Shown here piece after piece: positions 50,474-59,627 of a stretch of DNA of 64,000 nt (its first letter is position 1; each line of letters begins with the position of its first letter). Under the pieces are notes generated by a model, which saw only the letters and a program-made list of their open reading frames with translations, ran no database searches and was not told the DNA's origin. A program made the translations under genes and the position numbers. Location of the stretch: assembly GCA_965223505.1 (NCBI GenBank), contig CBDCWP010000044.1:192001-256000 (forward strand). Direction: 5' to 3'. The DNA is from Planctomycetota bacterium. GTDB lineage: Bacteria; Planctomycetota; PLA2; JAEUHO01.

Positions 50474-52540
50474 ATGCGTACCGTCCGGTTCACTCTCCTG
50501 GTCCTCGTCCTCCTCCTCACGCACGTCGCGCTCCTGCTCGGTTGCGGAACCAGCGGAAAACCGAACGATCCAGCCGAGCCCGTCTTCTCGATGTCTCTCT
50601 TCGGCCCGAACCCGCATCTGATCACGAACCCGCACTTCCCGCTCGTGCCCGGCACCACGACGCTGTCGCAGTCGGAGACCGACGAAGGCATGGAGACCCT
50701 CGTCTCCGAGGTGCTCGCGCCCACGCGCGTCGTCGCCGGGCTCGCGTGTCGCGTCGTGCGCGTGCGGGAGTATCTAGGCGAGCTGCTGGTCGAGGACGCC
50801 CACGACTGGTACGCGCAGGACGCCGCCGGCAACGTCTGGTACATGGGCGAAGACGTCGTCAACTACGAGTACGACGACGACGACAACTTGGTCGACACCA
50901 ACGGCGACGGCTCTTGGGAGGCCGGACTCGACATCGACGGCGTCGGCACGCCCGCCGCGCCGGGCATCATCATGAAGTCCACCCTGGTGGTGGGGGACAC
51001 GTACCGGCAGGAGTTCTACCCGACCGTGGCCGAGGACATGGGCGGGATCGCCGCGCTCAACGTACCGGTTGCGCTCGCCTGCGGGACCAACTACACGTGC
51101 CTGCAGACCCGCGACTGGAACCTGCTGGAGCCCGGTGTCTTCGAGCGCAAGTTCTACGCCCCGGGCATCGGGGTCGTCGCCGAAGAGGTCGAGGGCACGG
51201 ACGAGCGCGTGGAGATGCGTGGTGTCTTCCTGCCGACACCGGTCAGCTTGCCGAATCAGGGCGACGCGACCTTCTCGAACCCCACCGAGATCACCAACCC
51301 CTACTTTCCGCTTGCCGTCGAGACCATGCGGGGGCTCGTCGTGCCGACGGAGGAAGGCGGGGAGACCGTGATCCAGGAGGTGCTCGACGAGACCCGCGTC
51401 GTGAACGGCGTCACCTGCCGCGTCTTGCGGGTGCGGGAGTACGAAGGCGACCTGCTCAAGGAGGACACCAAAGACTGGTTCGCGCAGGACGACGCGGGCA
51501 ACGTCTGGTACTTCGGCGAGGAGGTCGTGAACTACGAGTACGACGACGACGACAACCTCGTCGACACGAACGACGACGGCTCGTGGGAAGCGGGCGTCGA
51601 CGGCGCGCTGGCCGGTGTCCAGATGTGGGCGGCGCCGGCGATCGGCGTGTCCTACTACCAGGAGTTCTATGCCGGTGAGGCCGAGGACATGGCAGTGCCG
51701 ATCGCGACGGGCGTCTCGCTCACGCTTCGCAACGGGATCTCGTACGACAACTGCCTGAAGACACTCGAGTGGACGCCGCTCGAGCCGAGTGTGATCGAGT
51801 TCAAGTACTACGCGCCCGGGGTCGGCCTGATCCAGGAGCAGCCGCTCGACGGGGAGTCGGAGGGCATCGAGCTCTTGGGGGTTCTCGACACGAGCTTGGG
51901 CACGTTGCCGAACTTCGCCGCGGCGACGTTCAGCGTGCCGGAGGTCATCACGAACCCGTATCTGCCCTTCGTGCCCGGAACGACCTGGGACTACGAGGTC
52001 GAGACCGACGAGGGCACCGAGACGATCTTCGTCGAGGTCTTGGCCACGACGCGCGTCGTCAACGGGCTGACGTGCACGGTGGTGCGGGACCGCGTGTTCC
52101 TCGACGGCCTCGAGATCGAGGACACGCACGACTGGTACGCGCAGGATGACGCCGGCAACGTCTGGTACATGGGCGAGGACGTCATCAACTACGAGTACGA
52201 CGAGAACGGCGTCCTCATCGGCACCGACAACGAGGGCGCGTGGGAGGCCGGTGTCGACGGGGCGTTGCCGGGCATCATCATGTGGGCCGTTCCCACAGTC
52301 GGGACGTCGTACCGACAGGAGTTCTACGAGGACGAGGCCGAGGACATGGCGGTCGTCATTGCCACCGGCGTGAGCATCACGCTCGGCGACGGCACGATCT
52401 ACAACAACTGCGTGCAGGTCCTCGAGTGGTCGCCGCTGGGACCGGAGTCGCTGGAATACAAGTTCGCGGCGCCCGGCATCGGCGTGGTTCTGGAGCTCAA
52501 GCCGTCTTCCGAAGAGGCCGTCGAGCTCGTGGGGCCCTGA
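50474..52540 (+). CDS. Acidic lipoprotein with three tandem ~220-aa domains
   Basis: AAGGAG RBS; lipobox LLGC; three ITNPxxP..DWxAQDxAGNVWYxGE..WEAG..EDM..APGxG units. Confidence 0.85.
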   Translation: MRTVRFTLLVLVLLLTHVALLLGCGTSGKPNDPAEPVFSMSLFGPNPHLITNPHFPLVPGTTTLSQSETDEGMETLVSEVLAPTRVVAGLACRVVRVREYLGELLVEDAHDWYAQDAAGNVWYMGEDVVNYEYDDDDNLVDTNGDGSWEAGLDIDGVGTPAAPGIIMKSTLVVGDTYRQEFYPTVAEDMGGIAALNVPVALACGTNYTCLQTRDWNLLEPGVFERKFYAPGIGVVAEEVEGTDERVEMRGVFLPTPVSLPNQGDATFSNPTEITNPYFPLAVETMRGLVVPTEEGGETVIQEVLDETRVVNGVTCRVLRVREYEGDLLKEDTKDWFAQDDAGNVWYFGEEVVNYEYDDDDNLVDTNDDGSWEAGVDGALAGVQMWAAPAIGVSYYQEFYAGEAEDMAVPIATGVSLTLRNGISYDNCLKTLEWTPLEPSVIEFKYYAPGVGLIQEQPLDGESEGIELLGVLDTSLGTLPNFAAATFSVPEVITNPYLPFVPGTTWDYEVETDEGTETIFVEVLATTRVVNGLTCTVVRDRVFLDGLEIEDTHDWYAQDDAGNVWYMGEDVINYEYDENGVLIGTDNEGAWEAGVDGALPGIIMWAVPTVGTSYRQEFYEDEAEDMAVVIATGVSITLGDGTIYNNCVQVLEWSPLGPESLEYKFAAPGIGVVLELKPSSEEAVELVGP

Positions 52541-52549
52541 GCCACGCGA

Positions 52550-52987
52550 TCAGCTCGAGGCGCCCGGCTCGGTGGGCATCGACGCCAGCCACGCCGTGAC
52601 GGCGAGGCACAGCGCGATCAAGACGCCGCGCAGGATCCAGCTCTGGGTCGCGAACACGGTCGTCAGGCCGAACGACAGCAGAGTGAACACGATCGCCGCT
52701 GCCTTCGCCCGCGGCGGGAGGTAACGGCCCTCCTCGCCGCTGCGGCAGATGGGGCCGAAGAACCGGTTCGAGCGCAGCCAACGGTGCGCCGGTTCCCACG
52801 CGCGCGCATAGCAGCCTGCTGCCAGCAGCACGAACGGCGTCGTCGGGACGAGCGGCAAGATCACGCCCAACACGGCGAAGGCGAGCGACACCGTGCCACC
52901 GACGATCAAGGCCGCGCGCACGCTCCATGACGTGCGTGCACCGGCGTCGTCTTCGGGGGTGGGGGGCATGGCGCGCACATCGTCCAC
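52550..52987 (-). CDS. ybaN: YbaN/DUF454 membrane protein
   Basis: GVILPLVPTTPFVLLAA..HRWL..FGP. Confidence 0.85.
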   Translation of the reverse strand: MDDVRAMPPTPEDDAGARTSWSVRAALIVGGTVSLAFAVLGVILPLVPTTPFVLLAAGCYARAWEPAHRWLRSNRFFGPICRSGEEGRYLPPRAKAAAIVFTLLSFGLTTVFATQSWILRGVLIALCLAVTAWLASMPTEPGASS

Positions 52988-53011
52988 GGATGCAGGTGCG
53001 GTTCAAGCGGT

Positions 53012-53752
53012 TCAGCGGACGCGGCGGAACACGTCGAGAGAGAATCCCATGGTCTCGCGTCCCCACCGCTGCTGTGCGGCGTTCCACGCCCGCTTCTCGG
53101 CGATCATTGCATCGACGGCCGGATCGCCGGCGTGCGCGTCGGCATACGACTCGTGGTTCGCGAGCACGGTGCCTTCGAGTCGATCCCATGCCTCTCGGGA
53201 TGCGATCTGATGCCGCTCGCTCTCGAAGCCGCATCGCCGCGCGACATCGAGAAACGACTCGCGATCGCGCAGTGCGTCCGCGGGCAACCCCGTTGCCTCG
53301 AGGTACTCGACGGGCGGCGGCTGCATCCAGAAACCGTCGCCGTAGATCAGCCACCCGTCGCCGCGAAGCCAGCGCGCGTAGAGCCGCAGCGTCTCGTCGA
53401 GTCGGTCGTCTCGATACGGCCCGCCGTTTGCGATGACCACATCGAACGAATCGTCCGCGAACGCCAGGTCGTCGGCATCGCACGCGAGCCAGGCCGCGTC
53501 GGCGTCAGGCACTCGGGCCTGGAGGGCCGATCGCGCGAGCCCGAGCGCCGCCTCGGATCGATCGACGCCCGTGATCCGCGCGCCGAGCCGTTCTGCGAGA
53601 TCGATCAACGTCGTGCCCCGGCCGCAACCGACGTCGAGCGCCGACAACCCTGCGGGCAGCGGCAGCGACGCGAGCAGCTCCCTTACGTCCGCAGCGGAGA
53701 CCGGCCCCCACATGTCGAGGCCGGCGTAGTGATCGATGTCGCTCCGGCCCAT
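53012..53752 (-). CDS. Class I SAM-dependent methyltransferase
   Basis: ALDVGCGRG, GVDRS, SFDVV. Confidence 0.88.
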   Translation of the reverse strand: MGRSDIDHYAGLDMWGPVSAADVRELLASLPLPAGLSALDVGCGRGTTLIDLAERLGARITGVDRSEAALGLARSALQARVPDADAAWLACDADDLAFADDSFDVVIANGGPYRDDRLDETLRLYARWLRGDGWLIYGDGFWMQPPPVEYLEATGLPADALRDRESFLDVARRCGFESERHQIASREAWDRLEGTVLANHESYADAHAGDPAVDAMIAEKRAWNAAQQRWGRETMGFSLDVFRRVR

Positions 53753-53810
53753 GGCGCCGAGCCTACCGCGGCGGATCGACGCCCGGGCGAAGCGTGTCTA
53801 TACTTCGCCG

Positions 53811-55082
53811 ATGCGCAATCTGATTCTCGCGTGCGCCGTGCTGGCGCTCTCGCCCGTCGTCCTTGCCGAGGAGCTCACCGAAGCGTCCGCTCCGATCTTC
53901 TCCGAGCCGATCCAGGTCATGGCCGACGGCGTCCCGATCGCGGTCGAGGCGCCCGGATTCGCCTGCCCGACCTTCCACGACGTGGACGGAGACGGATTGC
54001 GTGACCTCGTGGTCGGGCAGTTCAAAGAGGGGAAGCTCCGACTCTTCAAGAACGTCGGCAGCGCCAAGGCGCCCAAGTTCGCGAAGGGCGAGTGGCTCAT
54101 GACCGGCGAGAAGGCCGCGGTCGTTCCCGGCGTGTGGTGATGCACCAGCTCCACGCCGCAGTTTGCGGACATGAACGGTGACGGCCGGCTCGACATCGTC
54201 TCCGGTTGCTACAGCCAACGCGGGCAAGCGATGGTGGCGCCCGTCTGGGTGCTCTACCGCAACGAGGCCGGCGACTTCGCCGAAGCGGTCGCGCTCAAGA
54301 ACGACGCCGACGAGCACATCGTCGCGCGGGACATGGAGGGCGTGGTGACGGAGCGCATCTGCACCGAGCCCTTCGCCTTCGACTGGGACGCGGACGGGGA
54401 CCTCGACTTCGTCATCGGGAACTTCAGCGGAGCGTTCCTGCTAGCGATCAACGTCGGGACGGCGAAGGAGCCGAAATTCGAGGGCAAGCCCGAGTACCTG
54501 ACCAACGCCGCGGGCGAGCGCCTGAAGGTCAACGGCAATCACAGCGCGCCCTTCCTGGTGGACTGGGACGGCGACGGCGACGTGGACCTGCTCAGCGGCA
54601 CCGGCGGGGGCGGGGTCCAGATCGCCGAGAACGATCCGGGCGAGGACGGCGCGCACCGCTTCTCCGACTTCCGCGAGCTGATCCCCGCACCCGACATGCG
54701 CGCGTCGGCGGCGATCTGTCCGCCCGACACACCGGTGACGCCCGCGTCATCGTGGCGCATCTGCGTGGCGGATTACGACGGCGACGGCAAGCTCGACATC
54801 ATCGTCGGGGACTGCTTGCGCCGCAGTCATCCCAAGGGCGAGCTGACCGTCGAAGAAGCAACGGCGGAACAGGCGAAGTGGATCGAGAAGAACAACGAGT
54901 TGCGCGACGAGATGACCGCGCTGCGCAAGCAGCTGGCCGAGGCGACCGAGAACGAGGCGCAGGAGGAGCTGGCCGCCAAGGTCAAGGAGCTCAACCAGGC
55001 GCGCAGCGACCACTACCGGGCCCGCAGCGAGTTCATCGACGCCGTGTCCACCGGCCACGTCTGGGTCTACCTTCGCAAGTAG
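53811..55082 (+). CDS. Putative selenoprotein: exported FG-GAP/VCBS repeat protein with W-U-C (in-frame TGA 54138-54140)
   Basis: Signal peptide; DVDGDGLRDL repeat before the TGA; VPGVW-TGA-CTSSTPQFADMNGDGRLDI continues with four more DxDGDG-type repeats. Confidence 0.85.
54143..54180 (+). promoter_or_regulatory. SECIS-like hairpin
   Basis: Stem CCGCA/TGCGG, loop GTT at +21; lower CACC/GGTG. Confidence 0.55.
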
Positions 55083-55097
55083 CCTTTCTCCGTCGCG

Positions 55098-55349
55098 CTA
55101 GCTCTCTTTGCGGCTTCGAAGGTAGGTTTCCCACAGCTTCGCGGCGTCGGTGACGAACACCGTGGCGTGACCGCAATCGCCGCAGATGCGCGCGCGCACC
55201 TTGCCGTAGCGGCCGCGCTTCTCGAGGGGATCGTCCGGCGCCTCGTATACCTCCACGTTGAGGTCCAGCTCGTAGCCGTCCTCGTGATCGATCACCCGCG
55301 CATTCGGGATGATCTTGTCGGAACCGCAGCTCGTGCACGTCGCGCTCAT
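55098..55349 (-). CDS. Small zinc-ribbon-like protein
   Basis: MSATCTSCGS..ARICGDCGH; GGGAG RBS. Confidence 0.75.
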   Translation of the reverse strand: MSATCTSCGSDKIIPNARVIDHEDGYELDLNVEVYEAPDDPLEKRGRYGKVRARICGDCGHATVFVTDAAKLWETYLRSRKES

Positions 55350-55500
55350 CTGGTGTTCTCCCGCATCCAGAATACGCAAGGATCGCGGCGTTGCGAGCCG
55401 CTCCGCGCCGCGCGCGACCGTTGCGACCGACGATTGCGAGACAGTCCGCGGGTTGCGTGGGGTTCCGCTCGCAAGCGGCCCTCGACGACACGGCCGTTCT

Positions 55501-57729
55501 CTACACGAGCTGCCCCGCGAAGGGTCCCGCGTTGTGGACGAGGATCGTCGGCGGCAGCGTGGCGACCAGCTGGTTGAGCCGGACGGCCGCCTCGCGTTCT
55601 TCACCTTCGTTCGGAACGCCGATGCCGAGGAAGACGACGTCCGCCGCGCTGCTCGCGGCGTGAATGGTGTCCGCGACACTGGTGTCCGGTTCCTTGACCG
55701 TCACGTGGGTGTGTGCGTGGATGCGTGTCTCGGCAACGAGCGTCTCGAGCGCCGTCTCCATGGCCGCGCGCTCGTGCTCCTTGCGAACGATCGTATGCAT
55801 GTGGATGCTCGCCGCGCTCCACTGCCGGTTGAGCTTCAGAAGGTGCGCGAGCAACAGCATCAGATCGCCGTTGTGCTCGCGGCCGCGCCACCACAGGTCG
55901 ATGCGACGCCGCCGGCGGGGTCCCTCCGCCTCGGGCAGCCGAACCAGCAGCGTGTTGAGGTTCAGGCGCGCGAGCGCCCGCGTCGTTCGCAGCAACATCT
56001 CGAGCCCTTCGTCGCCGCCCGACCAACCGAACATCATCGTGTTCGACTGCAGGCCCGCGAAGCCGTTGGCCTGCGCGATCCCGACGATGCCCGACTCGAA
56101 GTCGGGCACCACGTGGACCTCGGAGAACGCGACGAGGCGGTCGGCCTCCAAGGTCTCTTCCATCTCACGGCGCGCGCCGTCGATGTCGATGTGCTCCTTC
56201 GCCAGATCGCCGACGATCACCTGGCACACCGTCACGACACCGCGGTGCTGGTTGAACCAGTCGGCGAACCGCACGAGTCCGATGCGATTCGCCGGGTTCG
56301 CCGTGAAAACGAGGATGTTCGGCCGCCAGTTGCGGGCCTCGGTGCCGCGCTTGCGCAGCTTCATCAAGGCGAACCGGGCGAGCGCCACCCAGAGGCCTGC
56401 GCGCACGTCGCCCCATGTGCTCTTCAGCGCCTTGCGGCGCAAGAACAGGAAGATCGCCAGCTCGAGTCCGATCGCGGCGATGCAGACGAGCGGGCTTAGA
56501 AGGAACATGATCGCGACCGCGCCGAAGCTACCGAGGAGCGACAGATACCAGGGCACGTTGATGGTCGGCCGGTAGGACGGGTCCCCGACGAGCTTCTCGA
56601 GCGCGGCCGTCAGGTTGACCGTCACGTAGAGCGTCAGGAAGAAGATGGTCACCCACCGGCCGACCTCGTTGAGGTCGCCCAGCGCGACCGCCGCGAGCGC
56701 GATGGCGCCCGTCGCCCAGGTGGCGATCGTCGGCTGTCCCGTCTTGCTCATGCGTGCGAGCACGCCCGGGGCGAGCTTGTCGCTTGCAAGCGCCTGCAGC
56801 ACGCGGGGTCCGCCCAGCGCGCTGCCGAACGCGGACGAGAGAATCGCGCCCCACAAGCCCGGGTAGATCAACACCATTCCGAGCCACGCGACCTTCGACC
56901 AGATCGGCGGCGCGGTCGGATCGAGCGCCGCGAGCTGTTCCCCGTCGACCTTCGCGGTGCAACCCAGCATCACGAGGATCAGCAGGTACACGATCGCGCC
57001 GGTGAGCACGGCGAGGATCGTGCCGCGCGGAATCGACCGCTGCGAATCCTTGAGGTCTCCGCTCATGCCGATGCCCGCGGTGAATCCCGTCACGGCCGGG
57101 AAGAACACGGCGAAGACGAACCAGAACCCGCCGTTCGCCGAGCGCTCGTAGTGCGCCGTCATCTCCGGTTCGGTGAGCGGCCCGCTCAAGGCGCCGCCGA
57201 CGAGCGCGATGACGCTCAGCCCGACGGCGACCATGATCGGAAGCTGCAGCTTCAGCGCGAGATTGGCGCTCTTCCCCGCGATGGCCGTCGTCACGACGAT
57301 GATGCCCGCCGCCATGAGCTGGATGGGGGCGGCGCCCCACTCGGCCGGCCAGAACGGAGCGACCGACTCCGCCAGGCCGAACGCGTACAGCGTGAGGCTC
57401 AGGGTGCGGCACAGGAAGAGCGGAATCCCGATCGCCCCGCCCAGCTCCTTGCCGAGGCTCCGCGAGACCATGTAGTACTCACCGCCGACCCCGACCTTCA
57501 TGTTGGTGGAGATGGCGGACGCGCTCAGACCGGTGATCAGCGTGATGCCGCTCGCGAGCAGCACCGTCAACAGCGCGAGCGGCAACCCCAGATTGCCGAG
57601 CACCCACCCGAAGCGCAGGTACATCATCACGCCGAGAATCGTCAGGATGCTCGGCGTGTAGACGCCGAGGAAGGTCCCGAACTTGGTCGCAGGTTGGACC
57701 GGCACCCCGGCTGTCGTGCGGCTCGTCAC
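55501..57729 (-). CDS. Cation-chloride cotransporter (SLC12/CCC-like, APC superfamily)
   Basis: GVYTPSILTILGVMMYLR, GGEYYMVSRSLGKELGGAIG, FFPAVTGF, NWRPNILV. Confidence 0.9.
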   Translation of the reverse strand: MTSRTTAGVPVQPATKFGTFLGVYTPSILTILGVMMYLRFGWVLGNLGLPLALLTVLLASGITLITGLSASAISTNMKVGVGGEYYMVSRSLGKELGGAIGIPLFLCRTLSLTLYAFGLAESVAPFWPAEWGAAPIQLMAAGIIVVTTAIAGKSANLALKLQLPIMVAVGLSVIALVGGALSGPLTEPEMTAHYERSANGGFWFVFAVFFPAVTGFTAGIGMSGDLKDSQRSIPRGTILAVLTGAIVYLLILVMLGCTAKVDGEQLAALDPTAPPIWSKVAWLGMVLIYPGLWGAILSSAFGSALGGPRVLQALASDKLAPGVLARMSKTGQPTIATWATGAIALAAVALGDLNEVGRWVTIFFLTLYVTVNLTAALEKLVGDPSYRPTINVPWYLSLLGSFGAVAIMFLLSPLVCIAAIGLELAIFLFLRRKALKSTWGDVRAGLWVALARFALMKLRKRGTEARNWRPNILVFTANPANRIGLVRFADWFNQHRGVVTVCQVIVGDLAKEHIDIDGARREMEETLEADRLVAFSEVHVVPDFESGIVGIAQANGFAGLQSNTMMFGWSGGDEGLEMLLRTTRALARLNLNTLLVRLPEAEGPRRRRRIDLWWRGREHNGDLMLLLAHLLKLNRQWSAASIHMHTIVRKEHERAAMETALETLVAETRIHAHTHVTVKEPDTSVADTIHAASSAADVVFLGIGVPNEGEEREAAVRLNQLVATLPPTILVHNAGPFAGQLV

Positions 57730-57874
57730 GGGAGCGAAGACTACAGCCCCACTACCACGCGCCGCTACGATCGGTTTTCCGCGCGCAGCGGCCCGGCGCG
57801 CGGGTCGCCGGGCGGTGGGGGCGCCGCGCAGCGCCGCTGACGGTAGACTCTCGCTCCGACTTCAGGAGCCCTCG

Positions 57875-59524
57875 ATGTCGCTCAAGCCTCGTCACCTCAA
57901 GCGCTACAAGGACCTCTTCGTTCTGTTCCTGAAGCACCGCAAGCAGATGGCGGTCGAGGCGATGGCGAAGACGCCCGCCTTCATCAACGACGCCGTCGAC
58001 AGCTCGAAGATCCCGGACGGCAAGCCCGAGGAGCTGGCCGCCGACCTCGAGCGGATGGGGCCGACGTTCATCAAGCTCGGCCAGGTGCTCTCGACGCGCG
58101 CCGACCTGATGCCGAAACCGTATCTCGACGCGCTCGCCCGGCTCCAGGACGACGTCAAGCCGTTCGCGCTGGAGGACGTCTCGGCGATCGTCGAGGAGGA
58201 GCTCGGGATCGGCGTCGACGACGCCTTTTCGTCGTTCGATCCGGAGCCGTTGGCCGCGGCGTCCCTGGCGCAGGTCCACCGCGCCACGCTCGCCAACGGA
58301 CGCGACGTGATCGTCAAGGTGCAACGCCCCAACATCGTGCAGACGATCATGGACGATCTCGATGCGCTCGACGACCTGACCAAGTTCATCGATCGCCACA
58401 CCGACGTGGGCCGGCGCTATTCGTTCAACGACATGTTCGAGGAGTTCCGCGTCAATCTGCTCGCCGAGCTCGACTACCGCCAGGAGGCGCGCAACCTCGA
58501 GCGCATGAGCGAGATCCTCTCGGGGTACGCGCGCATCACCCTGCCGTCGTCGGTGCCCGAGTGCACTACGCGCCGCATCTTGACGATGGACTTCGTCGAA
58601 GGCCGGCCGATCGACGACGTCGGCAAGTTCGGGCGGACGGAGATCGACGGACGCGGGTTGGCGGAAGATCTGGCCGAGGCGTACCTCGATCAGATTCTCG
58701 TCGAGGGGTTCTTCCACGCCGATCCGCATCCGGGCAACGTCCTGCTCACGCCCGACAGCAAGATCGCGTTGCTCGACCTGGGCATGGTCGTGCGCGTCGA
58801 GCCCGACTTGCGCTACCAGCTGGTTCGCCTGCTGATGTCGCTCGGCGACGGCCGCGGCAACGACGTGGCGCGCATCCTGGCGGACCTGGGCACGCGCCTC
58901 GAAGACTTCGACGAGCAGGACTACACGCGCACGATCTCCAACCTGGTCGTGCGTTACAGCAACGTGGTGGTCTCGGAGGCCAATCCGGGCCGCATGCTGA
59001 TGGACATCGCCCAGGCCGCCGCGCAGACCGGGCTGCGGCCGCCCGCGAGCCTCGTCATGCTCGGCCGGACCATGGCCCATCTGGCGGACGTCACGGAGGC
59101 GCTCGATCCCAAGTTCAATCCGAACGCCCTCATGCGCCGCCGCGCGCAGAAGCTGATCCGCCAGCACATGACGCAGCGCCTGTCGCCGGCGGAGATCTTC
59201 AACACCTTCCTGGAGTCCGGTGACCTGGTCCAGCGCCTGCCAGAGCGGCTCAATCGGATTCTCGAGACCGCCTCGAACAACGACTTCAGGATCAAGCTCG
59301 GCATGGCCGACGGCAACGCGGCGACCAGCTTCCGTCGTACGGCCAACCGCATGATCCTCGGCATCTTGCTGGCGGCGCTCCTGATCGCGGCGGGGCTGTT
59401 CAGCGGCTCGGACTCCGAGGCTCGCATCTGGGGCTACCCGGCGATCTCGATGCTGCTCATCATGGCGGCCGTCGGGCTGGGGATCTTCCTCCTGCTCGGG
59501 CGCCTCCTCGGCCGGGATCAGTAG
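57875..59524 (+). CDS. ABC1/AarF/UbiB family atypical kinase
   Basis: GPTFIKLGQ, AASLAQVH, VKVQRP, FHADPHPGN, LDLGMV. Confidence 0.93.
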   Translation: MSLKPRHLKRYKDLFVLFLKHRKQMAVEAMAKTPAFINDAVDSSKIPDGKPEELAADLERMGPTFIKLGQVLSTRADLMPKPYLDALARLQDDVKPFALEDVSAIVEEELGIGVDDAFSSFDPEPLAAASLAQVHRATLANGRDVIVKVQRPNIVQTIMDDLDALDDLTKFIDRHTDVGRRYSFNDMFEEFRVNLLAELDYRQEARNLERMSEILSGYARITLPSSVPECTTRRILTMDFVEGRPIDDVGKFGRTEIDGRGLAEDLAEAYLDQILVEGFFHADPHPGNVLLTPDSKIALLDLGMVVRVEPDLRYQLVRLLMSLGDGRGNDVARILADLGTRLEDFDEQDYTRTISNLVVRYSNVVVSEANPGRMLMDIAQAAAQTGLRPPASLVMLGRTMAHLADVTEALDPKFNPNALMRRRAQKLIRQHMTQRLSPAEIFNTFLESGDLVQRLPERLNRILETASNNDFRIKLGMADGNAATSFRRTANRMILGILLAALLIAAGLFSGSDSEARIWGYPAISMLLIMAAVGLGIFLLLGRLLGRDQ

Positions 59525-59592
59525 CTCACGGCGTCGGTTCGGCGGTCGAGGGTCGAGAGTCCCGCTCGCGCCGCGTACGAGTCGATATTCTT

Positions 59593-59617
59593 GAAACGAT
59601 ATCGCCCCCGGTGTCGT
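59593..59617 (+). promoter_or_regulatory. Possible ECF promoter GAAAC-N17-CGT
   Basis: Generic ECF -35/-10 pattern 10 nt before the ATG of the sigma fusion. Confidence 0.35.
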
Positions 59618-59627
59618 GGAAGAGTTG

